Below are positions 35,247 to 44,374 of a DNA stretch of 52,942 bases, one piece after another. Within the stretch, counting starts at the first letter, position 1. Each line of letters begins with the position of its first letter. Made by a program: the position numbers and the translations under genes. This stretch comes from a virus (taxonomy: Duplodnaviria; Caudoviricetes): positions 1 through 52,942 of IMG/VR virus record IMGVR_UViG_3300048080_000352; one strand, 5' to 3'. The notes beneath the pieces are model-generated. The model made no database searches, was not told the DNA's origin, and worked only from the letters and a program-made list of their open reading frames with translations.

Positions 35247-35540
35247 CTACTGCTCGTCAATCGTCCCGGGCATCCGGTCCTTCAGACTCGGCGGCTCGGG
35301 CGGCGTGCCGCTCGGCTCGAAGCGGTTTGGCTGCGGCGGCAGGCCGGAGACCGAGTTCGGACTCTCCGCCTGATCGGTGCGCGTGGTAGCGGACTTGTCG
35401 GTCGGCCACGGCGTCTGCAGCGCCGCCGACCCGTCGCCACCCAAGGCGTTCGGATCGCTGCCGCTCGACACCACCCCCTGTCCCGCCACACCGTGATCCG
35501 GCAGGGCCGGGTCCGTCCAGTTCGTCTTCAAATCGCCCAT
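35247..35540 (-). CDS. Hypothetical low-complexity protein
   Basis: 97 aa, AAGGAGG RBS. Confidence 0.6.
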   Translation of the reverse strand: MGDLKTNWTDPALPDHGVAGQGVVSSGSDPNALGGDGSAALQTPWPTDKSATTRTDQAESPNSVSGLPPQPNRFEPSGTPPEPPSLKDRMPGTIDEQ

Positions 35541-35555
35541 GTCCAGCCTCCTTGT

Positions 35556-36500
35556 CTAGTAGAGATCCGCGATCGAGGCATCGGTCGCCCGCAGCGCCAT
35601 GTCGTTATAGGCGAGATCGGCGAGTGCCCAGCGTTCCCAGTGCACGGTCGCCAGATCGTCGGCGTACTGCTCGTCATCCCGGAGGGAGAGCTGCTGAATG
35701 CCGCCGGCGAACTCGGCTTTCTTCTCGCGCGCGATCTGCAGATTGAAGTACGGATTCGGCTTGTCGCCCGTCCCCGGCCAGCCGGCCGCCTGCGCCAGCG
35801 CGCCCGCAATCAGCACCTCGGCCCCGTCGGCGAGCACGCCGGTAAAGGTCGTGGCGTCGGTCAGCCGCGCCGCCTGCTTGTTGTAGAGCGCCGGGTACGA
35901 GCGCGCCGCCGACGGCCGCGGCCAGTATTCGTACTGCACGCGGCCGAGCGTCGGCGTGTAGGTCGAGGGCGCGCGCGCCGCCAGGAGCCGCGGTCCGGTG
36001 TCGCCCGCCGCCCGCGTCGGATCGAGCAGGTTCAGTTGATCCTCCGTAATCCAGAACGCGAGCCGCCGCTGATTGTACGGATCGGCGATGACCCGGAAGC
36101 TCCCGAAGTCCGCGGGCATCGTCGCAAACCCGTCGAAGATCGTCGCCGCCCCCGTCGCGGTGTCCTCGCCATAGGTCCGGTCGAGCACGATCGTGTTGAC
36201 GTCGGTGACCGTCTGGATCGTGTAGACCGGGAACGTCGCCACCCGAAACTGCCGGCCGGCGTCGGCCGCGAGGAAGAGGCCGGCCGAGGTCACCGTCGCG
36301 TTGCCCCGTGTGACCGTGCAGGCCGTGATCGCCCGCGCGGCGTTGATCGTCAGCGCGAGCTCGCCGCGCTGAAACCCCCAGCGCCGCGCCGCCGCGAGCT
36401 GCTTCCACGCGACATTCACCCACTCACGGACGAGAAAGGTCGGGGCGGACGGCGCATACAGCCGGACCGTGCGCCAGGCATCGGAGAAGGTCTGCGGCAT
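35556..36500 (-). CDS. Head-tail adaptor-like protein with inserted beta domain
   Basis: WVN.AWKQL...W.F, MPADF, WPRP. Confidence 0.65.
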   Translation of the reverse strand: MPQTFSDAWRTVRLYAPSAPTFLVREWVNVAWKQLAAARRWGFQRGELALTINAARAITACTVTRGNATVTSAGLFLAADAGRQFRVATFPVYTIQTVTDVNTIVLDRTYGEDTATGAATIFDGFATMPADFGSFRVIADPYNQRRLAFWITEDQLNLLDPTRAAGDTGPRLLAARAPSTYTPTLGRVQYEYWPRPSAARSYPALYNKQAARLTDATTFTGVLADGAEVLIAGALAQAAGWPGTGDKPNPYFNLQIAREKKAEFAGGIQQLSLRDDEQYADDLATVHWERWALADLAYNDMALRATDASIADLY

Positions 36501-36542
36501 GCCCCCCTCACCGAACAGGCTCCAGCGGAGCCTGCCCAGCCC

Positions 36543-36863
36543 CTAGATCCCGATCGCCTCGAAGTAGGCGGCGAACGCCGAGAGATTGACGGCGTTGGCG
36601 ACCTCGGCGTCGGTGTTGGGCACGAACCACTTCACCGTGTTGGTGGCGCGGTCCCAGACGAGCAGCCGCACCGCGTCGGCGCCGTCCCACGCAGGCGTAA
36701 AGATCAGGACATCGATGCGCGACATCCCCAGATTCGCCGGCGTGAGACTATCCCCACCTGGATTGACGTACGACGCCGGCCCGACGTAGCGCGCGGTCTT
36801 GCGGATCCGCGCGCCACTGCTGTCGTGATACGCCGGGAGGGTGGTGCGATCAATGGTCGGCAT
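36543..36863 (-). CDS. Head decoration-like protein
   Basis: GPASY..GG, EVANAVNLSA, terminal AIG. Confidence 0.55.
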   Translation of the reverse strand: MPTIDRTTLPAYHDSSGARIRKTARYVGPASYVNPGGDSLTPANLGMSRIDVLIFTPAWDGADAVRLLVWDRATNTVKWFVPNTDAEVANAVNLSAFAAYFEAIGI

Positions 36864-36875
36864 CGGTCACCCTCC

Positions 36876-37430
36876 TCATGTGGTTTCGGGCACGTCGAGA
36901 TCGACGACGACTTCCATCGCCGCCGCATCGAGCGCGCCGGCGATGACACCGAGCGGCGGATACGACGCCGCCGTGCCGACGGCTTCGGTCGTCGCCTTGC
37001 CCGCGGTCGCCGACGGGATGACGAACTGCCCGGAGTTCGCCGTGACCGCCGATCCGTCGGTCAGCTTGGTGATCGCTGGCCCTCGGGTCTGGACGCAGCC
37101 GTAGTTCCCCGGCGTGATCGCGTTCTGGAAGACGCCGGCGGTACGGCCTCGGCCGAGCGCGGTTGGCGAGGTCGTGACGAGGTACTGTGTCTTGTCCGCC
37201 CACCACGCGGTCGCGCCGCGGTACGGGTTGACCGACATCGTCGAGTCGGTGCGGATCAACTGGTACGTTTTCGAGCGGCCCGCTTCCGCGCCGACCGCTG
37301 CCCTGGACGGCTGTACGACGGTGAAGCGCGCGCCGAGCAGCCCCGGCGCGTGCAGGGTGGCGACGTTCTCCGCTTCGGGATCGCCGGATTGGAGGTACAC
37401 GGCCGGCTGATCCCATCGATTTGGACTCAT
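36876..37430 (-). CDS. Capsid cement/decoration protein
   Basis: GV...ITPGNYGCVQTRG; directly after the capsid gene. Confidence 0.65.
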   Translation of the reverse strand: MSPNRWDQPAVYLQSGDPEAENVATLHAPGLLGARFTVVQPSRAAVGAEAGRSKTYQLIRTDSTMSVNPYRGATAWWADKTQYLVTTSPTALGRGRTAGVFQNAITPGNYGCVQTRGPAITKLTDGSAVTANSGQFVIPSATAGKATTEAVGTAASYPPLGVIAGALDAAAMEVVVDLDVPETT

Positions 37431-37462
37431 ACGTATGCTCCTTCTGTGTCAGCCACCGTCGA

Positions 37463-38653
37463 TCATGCCGTGATGCCGTGCAACGCGCGCGAGAGCCGCA
37501 GCGCCCGCACCGTCTGGTTGCCGGCGAAGAGGATCTGTCCCGAGACCTGGTTGTCTTCGCGCGCCCCCTTGAAGCCGGTGAAGCCGAAGGCGAACTTCGA
37601 GCTCTGCGCGATGTACAGGCGGATGTACGCGTCGTCGCCCTGCGGGCCGAAGTTCAGCCACCAGAAGGTCTCGGCCGACGCGTTGTAGTTGCCAAGGTCA
37701 GCGTCGTTGACGCCGTCCTGCCCGGGCGCGTACTGCGACATGACGATCGTCGCCTTGTCGAACTTCATCCCCGGCCAGTTGATCTCCGGCGCGGTCGTGT
37801 CCACGATCTGATGCGGCAGGAAGTTCTCGGAGATGAACCCCAGGCAGCGGTTGGTCGTGAGGCCGAGCCCCGGCGCTTCGTTGCCGATGATCGTGGAGAA
37901 GTACGAGTGGCGCAGGACGCGGTACGAGATCGGGCCGTTGACGTTGGCGGCGATCAGGCCGGTCGGTGTGGTGAGCGCCGGCGTGACGTCAGCGCGCGTC
38001 TGCCCGCCGATGCTCGGGTAGACGTTGCCGTCCCACGACGCGTTGACGCCATCGTTGAGGAACTCCCCGAGGCCATTGATCTCGGCCGAGCGATCGTCGC
38101 CGGCGAGATTCTGCCCGTGGTGGAACGCCGCGATCTCGAGGATCGCCGACATCGTGAGCGCCGCCTGCTGCATGTCGGTCCGGATGACCGAGAACGCCGC
38201 CCGGGGGCCCGCCATCTCGACCTCGAGATCCTCGAGGAACTCGGTGACGTTGACCTGGTAGTAGCGCGGCGTGAAGAGCATGCCGGTGCGCGTCTGCCGC
38301 CGAGCCACGTCGAAGGTCGCCCCCTTCTTGTACGCGCCCCCCTTCATCGGCTTGTACATGAAGTTCTCTTGGATTTGCGGGCCGACCCACTTGCGGGTGA
38401 ACCGGGATTTCGCCATCGCGATGTAGGGGCCGGCCTTGAAGTAGCCATCGACGACCCCGGGTTGGATTTCCTTGGTCGTGACGGTGTTGATGTCGTCGAG
38501 TTGAATGACGCCGACGACGAAGATCGCTGCGCCAGCCGCCGCGAGATCGGGGCGGATGTAGCAGGTCAGGAGCCACAGAGCGAGCGTCGTCAGGCGTGGA
38601 TGACGGATCAGCCATGCGCTGGCTGCTCCGAGAGATCGCAATACTCGAATCAC
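37463..38653 (-). CDS. Major capsid protein
   Basis: GTG start after GGAGG; LDDINTVT, INGL, IGGQTR, C-terminal GQILFAGN..R...HGIT; follows the scaffold gene. Confidence 0.85.
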   Translation of the reverse strand: MIRVLRSLGAASAWLIRHPRLTTLALWLLTCYIRPDLAAAGAAIFVVGVIQLDDINTVTTKEIQPGVVDGYFKAGPYIAMAKSRFTRKWVGPQIQENFMYKPMKGGAYKKGATFDVARRQTRTGMLFTPRYYQVNVTEFLEDLEVEMAGPRAAFSVIRTDMQQAALTMSAILEIAAFHHGQNLAGDDRSAEINGLGEFLNDGVNASWDGNVYPSIGGQTRADVTPALTTPTGLIAANVNGPISYRVLRHSYFSTIIGNEAPGLGLTTNRCLGFISENFLPHQIVDTTAPEINWPGMKFDKATIVMSQYAPGQDGVNDADLGNYNASAETFWWLNFGPQGDDAYIRLYIAQSSKFAFGFTGFKGAREDNQVSGQILFAGNQTVRALRLSRALHGITA

Positions 38654-38702
38654 GGCCGTTCCTCCTAGCCTGACGGCGTTACAAGGGCCGCCGGCTCTCT
38701 CT

Positions 38703-39473
38703 CTAGGCCCCGCGCGCCTGCTGCAGCCGCTCGTACTCATTGACGGCGGTGTCGAGCGTGTGCGTCGCAGAACCATCTTTGGTCTGTAGGGCGTCGAGCA
38801 CCGAGGGCGGCTCGCCACGGAGGGGGAACGGCTGGGTGGCCAGCTTCTTCCGCTCTTCGCCGAGCCGCTTCTCGACCTCGTCGTTGATCGCTTTGTCGTG
38901 GAGTTCCTGCTGTTTCGCGGCGACGCGCTCGCCGTACTTCTCGGTGTAGGCGTCGGCGAGACTGAACACTCGCCCAGGCTGACCGACGATCGGTTTCCCG
39001 AGCTTCGGGTTGCGGACGAGCTCCTGGAGACTCACGCGCTCGCCGAACATGTCCTTGTGCTCCTGACTCTTGTCCGCGAGCCACGCACTCACCTGGACGT
39101 ACTCCGCGCCCGCCTCGTTCACGACGTCGAGCGCCGCTTGCCGCGGGTCGATCGGCTTCAGCGGATCCGGAGTGCCACCCTTCAGCCGCTCGTACTCCGG
39201 CTTCATCGTTTTGTATTCCGTCAGCGCCACCTGGTTCGCTTCGTACCAAGTGTTCAGCTCCGTGAACTTCTCGGTCAGCGCGGCCTTCTCGGCCTGGAGA
39301 TCGTTCATCTTCTTCGAGTAGTCCGGGCGGGCGAGCACGCCATCGCCAATCACGACGACCGCGTCCTTCGCCTCCGGATCCTCGAAGATGGCCTTCACCT
39401 GTGCCCGCTTCTCCTCGGGAAGTTTGGCGAGCACGCCGGCGAGGAATGAAGATCCGTCTTCAAATGCACCCAT
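38703..39473 (-). CDS. Scaffolding protein
   Basis: Charged helical protein with DYSKK motif, upstream of the capsid gene. Confidence 0.7.
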   Translation of the reverse strand: MGAFEDGSSFLAGVLAKLPEEKRAQVKAIFEDPEAKDAVVVIGDGVLARPDYSKKMNDLQAEKAALTEKFTELNTWYEANQVALTEYKTMKPEYERLKGGTPDPLKPIDPRQAALDVVNEAGAEYVQVSAWLADKSQEHKDMFGERVSLQELVRNPKLGKPIVGQPGRVFSLADAYTEKYGERVAAKQQELHDKAINDEVEKRLGEERKKLATQPFPLRGEPPSVLDALQTKDGSATHTLDTAVNEYERLQQARGA

Positions 39474-39558
39474 TGATCACCTCCACCGTCCGAGGCCGGA
39501 TCTCGCTCACGCGCCTCCGTCGGTCGACGGGCTGGCGCGCGCGATCTCCTCTCGTCGG

Positions 39559-39933
39559 CTATATGGCTCCTGGTCCGGCGACTCCGCGATCGATGCCACC
39601 CATGGGGGCCGCCGGCCCCGCCGCCGTGGGAGACACAGGCCCAGCGCCCGCCGTCATCAGATCGGCGAGGTACTGCTGGAGCAAGTCCTTGATGAGCGCG
39701 AGCTGCGCCGCCTTGTCCGGCGTGATCTGCGCGAAGCTGTCGAGCGTTTGCGCCACGGTCTCGGCCGCCTGCGTGATCCCGGTGAGCACCTCGGGCGGCA
39801 TCTGGGTCGAGGGCACGGTCGGGGCGAGCCCGCGCATCGAGAACGGGGCGTCGCCCCCTCCCGACATCACGGTCGGCGAGGGCGGTGGGCCGTCGAGCTG
39901 CGAGGCGCCGGCGCCGCGTGGAGGGAAGGCCAT
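39559..39933 (-). CDS. Hypothetical Pro/Gly-rich protein
   Basis: MAFPPRGAGASQ..., TGATG coupling. Confidence 0.6.
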   Translation of the reverse strand: MAFPPRGAGASQLDGPPPSPTVMSGGGDAPFSMRGLAPTVPSTQMPPEVLTGITQAAETVAQTLDSFAQITPDKAAQLALIKDLLQQYLADLMTAGAGPVSPTAAGPAAPMGGIDRGVAGPGAI

Positions 39934-40112
39934 CAGCGACGCCCTCCAGCGATGCGACGCAGACCGGTCAACTGCTTCTTCGCGATCCCGCGCGCGGCGC
40001 TGACCCGGGCCGAATCGCGACGGATCTCCTCGGCCTCGCTGAGCGCGCGCAGATCGGACTCGGCTTTCCACTTGCGGTCCTGAGCCGTCATCTTCGGGGT
40101 TGACGTGTGCAT
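39933..40112 (-). CDS. Small basic phage protein (59 aa)
   Basis: WKAESDLRALSEAEEIRRDSARVSAA; TGATG coupling at both ends. Confidence 0.6.
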   Translation of the reverse strand: MHTSTPKMTAQDRKWKAESDLRALSEAEEIRRDSARVSAARGIAKKQLTGLRRIAGGRR

Positions 40113-40282
40113 CAGCGGCGGCCTTGCATCAGCGCACGCTTCGCGGGCGACACGGCCTTTCCTGCGCGTTGCGCCTCTCTCGGGTGAGAGGGCTGTCGCG
40201 GCGGCACCGTCGCGCGAGGGCGACCGAGATCGGCAGGGACGGTGCCTCGTGGGCGACCGAGATCGGCGGGAACCTTCGCCAT
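40112..40282 (-). CDS. Small basic protein with an internal repeat (56 aa)
   Basis: VPADLGRPRGT-VPADLGRPRAT; TGATG coupling. Confidence 0.55.
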   Translation of the reverse strand: MAKVPADLGRPRGTVPADLGRPRATVPPRQPSHPREAQRAGKAVSPAKRALMQGRR

Positions 40283-40575
40283 CAGTATTTACTCATCGAG
40301 CGTCTGCTCGTGAGCGATCGAGGGCGTGTAACCGGACGCGTGTCGTCCTCCGCTCCTCCGCGTGACAGGCGCGTGAGGCTGCCGCCAGCGGCCGTCTCAG
40401 CAGGAGCAGCCAACGCACGTGAGTCCTCAGTCGGTCGCTCGATGGCCTTCGTCGCGCCTCCACCGCCGCCTGACTTCCCCTTGCCTCGTAGCGCCAGTGC
40501 CGCCCCTCCAACACCGCCCAAACTAAAACCAAGCGCTCCCTTCGCCACTTTCCCGAGCACGCTCTTGATTCCCAT
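40282..40575 (-). CDS. Small basic Gly-rich protein
   Basis: MGIKSVLGKVAKGALGFSLGG...; GAGG RBS. Confidence 0.55.
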   Translation of the reverse strand: MGIKSVLGKVAKGALGFSLGGVGGAALALRGKGKSGGGGGATKAIERPTEDSRALAAPAETAAGGSLTRLSRGGAEDDTRPVTRPRSLTSRRSMSKY

Positions 40576-40600
40576 GAGCCACCTCTGCGGAGGAGCGCGT

Positions 40601-40641
40601 AAAAAGAAAAAGGCCAGCCTCCTCGCGAGAGGAGGCTGGCC
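40601..40641 (-). terminator. Rho-independent terminator
   Basis: GGCCAGCCTCCT-CTCGCG-AGGAGGCTGGCC followed by TTTTTCTTTTT on the - strand. Confidence 0.88.
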
Positions 40642-40707
40642 CGGAGACGGTGGTCCGACCCTTCGCCCCCGCGAGCGGTCGGACACGTCAGTACGGACGA
40701 TCTGAAC

Positions 40708-40920
40708 TTAGGTAGGCTGCACGAAATCGGCGGGCGTGTCAAGTCTGCCCTGAATTAAGGTGACTTGCACGCCAGGAAACTCAACCTTCTTCGCGACACC
40801 ATCGACGAAATGGAGCAGCACGGTGCCGGTATGCTGTCGCTGGTAGAGATCCGCGAGGACCGACGCGAAATCGTCCTCTCGGCGGACGATCCGGTCGAGG
40901 GCGTCGGCGACACAGCTCAT
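40708..40920 (-). CDS. Small hypothetical protein
   Basis: HTGTVLLHFVDG; ATGA-coupled to the portal gene. Confidence 0.6.
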   Translation of the reverse strand: MSCVADALDRIVRREDDFASVLADLYQRQHTGTVLLHFVDGVAKKVEFPGVQVTLIQGRLDTPADFVQPT

Positions 40921-43055
40921 TTGCTCGACTCCGTCACGGTCGTGCGTCCGTCGGACTTCTCTTCCAGCTCAGGCGCCTCCTGTCCCGAGGCTTTCCTGCC
41001 GGCTGGCGAGACCGTCTGTCCAATGCCGAGCTGCTGCTGCGCCTGCAGCCGTTCAGTAACCGTCGTCGGAATGCGGATCTCCAGCAACTGCCCGGATTGT
41101 GGGTCGAGCAGGAACGCCCGGCCCGTCTGCGGATCGGTGTACTGCGGCAGCGACTGGCCGGCGAGGAGCGCCGCGGCACCGTTGGGCTGATTGAGCACCT
41201 GGCCGAGCATCCCTTCCAGCACGCCGGGCGGGGGAGGCTCGAGCGGTGGGAGCGGGATCGCCGGCGGCGCCCCGATGTTCGGGGTCTCGAGTGTCTCGTG
41301 CAGACTCCAGAAGTCGTAGTACCCCATCCGCGCGAGCTGGAAGCGCATCATCTTCCGCTCCTGCGCGTCGATCGCGAGGACCGAGTTGGGGGCGACGACG
41401 AAGATGAACTGCTTGTGGAAGAACTGCGCGCGCTGATCGCGGGTGGTCGTGTTGGCGTCGAGCTCCGGCGTGTAGCCCGGCTGCCCGGCCAGCAGCGCCG
41501 GCACCAGCATACCTGGGTCGAAATCGAAATCGTTCAGCGTCACGCCGCCAGACCCGAGAATCTGGACGCGCTTGGCGGTCGACAGGAATTGGAAGTAGTT
41601 GACCTTGACCATCTCCGAGAAGTCGCGGAGGAAGGCTTCGACCGCGCGCGCCTCCTGCCGGATCTCGGGCGTCAGGGCCTCGTAGTACTTCTGGATCGTG
41701 TCGGCGCTGGGGAGCTGACGCAACTGCAGCAGGGCGGAGAGGTTCGCCGTGCCGGAGAGATCGGCGAACTTCGTCGTGAGCTTGTCCCACAGTTCGGAGG
41801 CCATCGCGAGGACTTGCGGGTTCGGGCCGTCTTCTTTCTTCCACGGCTCGCCGAAGCCCGGCATGACCTTCACCCGCTTGCCCGGGCGGCGCGGATCCAT
41901 CAGCCGCATCGTCGACTCGGAGACGGCGTTGCGGTTGTAGGTGATGTCGGGGTCGACCCATTGCTTGATGCCGAGGCGGACGTCGTGCACGGTGTCGTTG
42001 ATGGCGTCCTGCACCGGGAGGAGATCGTTGAAGAGTGGGATCCCGAGGAACTGCCAGGGGACCGACCAGAGCTTCAGTCGGCAGAGCGGGAACAGGCCAT
42101 GCCAGTAGGTATTCGGCCCGTCGTAGACGATCGCCGTGTCGGTGGCGACGAGGAGCCGGCCGCGCGGATAGAGGGGCTGGCCCGGGGCGACGACGTACGC
42201 CCAGTTGGAGCCGGGCGTGCCCATCGGGATCGGCCGCTGGGTCAGGTTGCGTGTGCGATCCTTGAAGTAGGCGCGATAGAGGACGGTCATGCCCCGGCGC
42301 GAACGACGTGTGCCGCCGGCGGTGCCCGCTGTGATCTGATCGAGTGGATCGGCGGGCGAGAGCAGCCGCGAGAGCCCGGTGCGGAAGCGGCCCATCACGC
42401 GGCCGAGGACTGAGTCGGCGGACGCCTTGAAGAGGGACTCGCGCGTCGGATACATCCCCTTCAGGACGTTGACCGAGTGCTCCTCACGGAAGCAGACGCC
42501 CTCCCAGTACTGCGGCGAGCGGGAGTACGAGGGGCGGAGCGGGAGGGTGTCGCGTGGGTCGCGCGCGGAGAGCTGATGCGCGCCGCCCAAGGGCGCGTGC
42601 GGATCCCAGTCGACGACGAGATCGCCCGTGCCGCCGGCCAGCGAATACTTCACACAGTCGCCGAGGTCGAGGTCCATCATCGTCGTGACCCACTCGGCGA
42701 GCAGGTACTGATTCAGGAGGTTGGCCTGGACCTGAAATTCGGGATTGCTCCGCCAGCCGGCGAGCGGCTTGAGGTCGGTGATGGCGCTCACATGCGCCTG
42801 CATCGCCTTGCGGGTTTCGTTGATGACGACCTGCGGGAGGTACTTCAGGCGGCGATGCTCGGGCGAGAGCTGCTCGCCGACGATGTACTCCTGCGCGCGG
42901 CCGATGATCTCGTAGGAGGGATCCGAGCGGTTGGTGAGATCGCCTTCCTCGGTCCACTCGCGCAGCCAGCTGAGGACGCGAGGGTCGCCGTGCTGGAGGG
43001 ATTCGGCGGAGGTCGCTGGTAGGTCCAGTACGCCGGATGGTCCGAAGTCTGCCAC
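40917..43055 (-). CDS. Portal protein
   Basis: 712 aa between TerL and scaffold; INE, P.....P..F.G.....LLPVQDAIN pattern of P22-like portals. Confidence 0.85.
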   Translation of the reverse strand: MADFGPSGVLDLPATSAESLQHGDPRVLSWLREWTEEGDLTNRSDPSYEIIGRAQEYIVGEQLSPEHRRLKYLPQVVINETRKAMQAHVSAITDLKPLAGWRSNPEFQVQANLLNQYLLAEWVTTMMDLDLGDCVKYSLAGGTGDLVVDWDPHAPLGGAHQLSARDPRDTLPLRPSYSRSPQYWEGVCFREEHSVNVLKGMYPTRESLFKASADSVLGRVMGRFRTGLSRLLSPADPLDQITAGTAGGTRRSRRGMTVLYRAYFKDRTRNLTQRPIPMGTPGSNWAYVVAPGQPLYPRGRLLVATDTAIVYDGPNTYWHGLFPLCRLKLWSVPWQFLGIPLFNDLLPVQDAINDTVHDVRLGIKQWVDPDITYNRNAVSESTMRLMDPRRPGKRVKVMPGFGEPWKKEDGPNPQVLAMASELWDKLTTKFADLSGTANLSALLQLRQLPSADTIQKYYEALTPEIRQEARAVEAFLRDFSEMVKVNYFQFLSTAKRVQILGSGGVTLNDFDFDPGMLVPALLAGQPGYTPELDANTTTRDQRAQFFHKQFIFVVAPNSVLAIDAQERKMMRFQLARMGYYDFWSLHETLETPNIGAPPAIPLPPLEPPPPGVLEGMLGQVLNQPNGAAALLAGQSLPQYTDPQTGRAFLLDPQSGQLLEIRIPTTVTERLQAQQQLGIGQTVSPAGRKASGQEAPELEEKSDGRTTVTESSK

Positions 43056-43061
43056 GAGCGG

Positions 43062-43307
43062 CTATCCTTTGTGCTCGTCGGTGACATCGAGGGCAACCGG
43101 CTGGAGGGGCTGCCCGAAGGGCCAAATCCACAGCCGGATGTTCTCCCCCCGCGCGATCGCGGCGCGCTCCGTGTCGGAGGGCGCCCATTCGGTGAGCACC
43201 TTGCCGTCGGGGAAGACGAGCGCGGGCAGGGGGATGTACTCGGGCTGATCCTTCGCGAAGACGACGGCGCGCGTGCCCTCGTACTCGAATTGCTCGACCG
43301 GCTGCAT
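43062..43307 (-). CDS. Hypothetical phage protein
   Basis: AKDQPEYIPLPA, W.....ER..I..G..I.L. Confidence 0.7.
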   Translation of the reverse strand: MQPVEQFEYEGTRAVVFAKDQPEYIPLPALVFPDGKVLTEWAPSDTERAAIARGENIRLWIWPFGQPLQPVALDVTDEHKG

Positions 43308-43798
43308 CAGTCTCCTCCCGCCATCGGCAGCGCCGACGCATTCGACTCACTCACGCCGGGACCGAAGCCGGCCTCCGGTTCGGTCGCCGATCGGATCACC
43401 TTGCCGAACTTCTTCATGTAGGCCGGATCGGGCCGCTCGCCGCCCCCCGTGCCCAGCGTATTGACCTCTCGATTGGATCGATCCTGACTCCACGCACGAA
43501 AGACGATCGGCTGGCCCTCGCCGTTGCGCGCCTGCTGTTCGCTCTCGCGCTCGACCTGCCGCAGCTTGTGCGTCGAATCGATCGTGACCTTGCGGTTCTG
43601 GCCGTCGTACATCTCGAAGGCTTTGAAGGCCGCCCCCTTCACGCCACCGACGTCCATCCGCCCGATCCCGGGGATGGGTGTCGTCCGCTGCCCGCAGTGC
43701 GCCGGTGCCCCGGCGCGTGCGCCGACCGCGATCGGGACGTTGACGTCGACGATCACTTGCCCGCAGACGGCGCACCAGAAGTCGTGGAGAGCCACCAA
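43307..43798 (-). CDS. FmdB-like zinc-ribbon protein
   Basis: HDFWCAVCG...HCG. Confidence 0.6.
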   Translation of the reverse strand: MVALHDFWCAVCGQVIVDVNVPIAVGARAGAPAHCGQRTTPIPGIGRMDVGGVKGAAFKAFEMYDGQNRKVTIDSTHKLRQVERESEQQARNGEGQPIVFRAWSQDRSNREVNTLGTGGGERPDPAYMKKFGKVIRSATEPEAGFGPGVSESNASALPMAGGD

Positions 43799-44374
43799 CT
43801 AACCCCGCCAGAAGAGTTCGCCCTTGATCCGTTCAACCACCGCCTGCAACTCCGCCGTCACCGTCCGCCCGCGCTTCGTCGCGCGCTGGGCGATCTCCTC
43901 GAGCTGCCCCGGCGTGAACGCGACGTCCACGGTGCCGATGCGGATGCGCGCGAGCCGCTCGATCGCGGCGACCAGGCTCGCGGGCGTCTTGGTCGTGCCG
44001 ATCCCGGCCATGCGCTCGATCTGCAGGCAGATCGCCGGCGGCACGCTCAGCTGCCCGTCGATGACGATGTCGTACCGCTCGTCGATCGTATGGCCGCGCG
44101 CCCAGTCGACGATCGCCTGGCCGCGCGTGATCAGCCAGTCACCGGCCTGGACGCCGACGCTGCGGCCGTCGACGAGATCGACGGTGTGCGCGTGGGTGGA
44201 CCGGATCGCGATGAGGGTCGGCGCGCGGCGGCGGACGGCGAGCTTGGTCGCCTGCGTCCAGGCGGAGGGAGCCGACGCCGCAGGCTGAGCAGGCTGAGGT
44301 TCAGATCCGGTTGCGATCTTCAAAGTGGAGCCCCCCGGCCCCGCCGGAGGCAAGGTCGTCTGCGAACTCATCAT
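43799..44374 (-). CDS. Hypothetical protein
   Basis: GGAGGAGG RBS; overlaps the TerL 3' end. Confidence 0.6.
   Translation of the reverse strand: MMSSQTTLPPAGPGGSTLKIATGSEPQPAQPAASAPSAWTQATKLAVRRRAPTLIAIRSTHAHTVDLVDGRSVGVQAGDWLITRGQAIVDWARGHTIDERYDIVIDGQLSVPPAICLQIERMAGIGTTKTPASLVAAIERLARIRIGTVDVAFTPGQLEEIAQRATKRGRTVTAELQAVVERIKGELFWRG

Noticed and set aside
35241-37688. 815-aa + strand ORF
   Set aside because: Antisense shadow of the structural genes; no motifs
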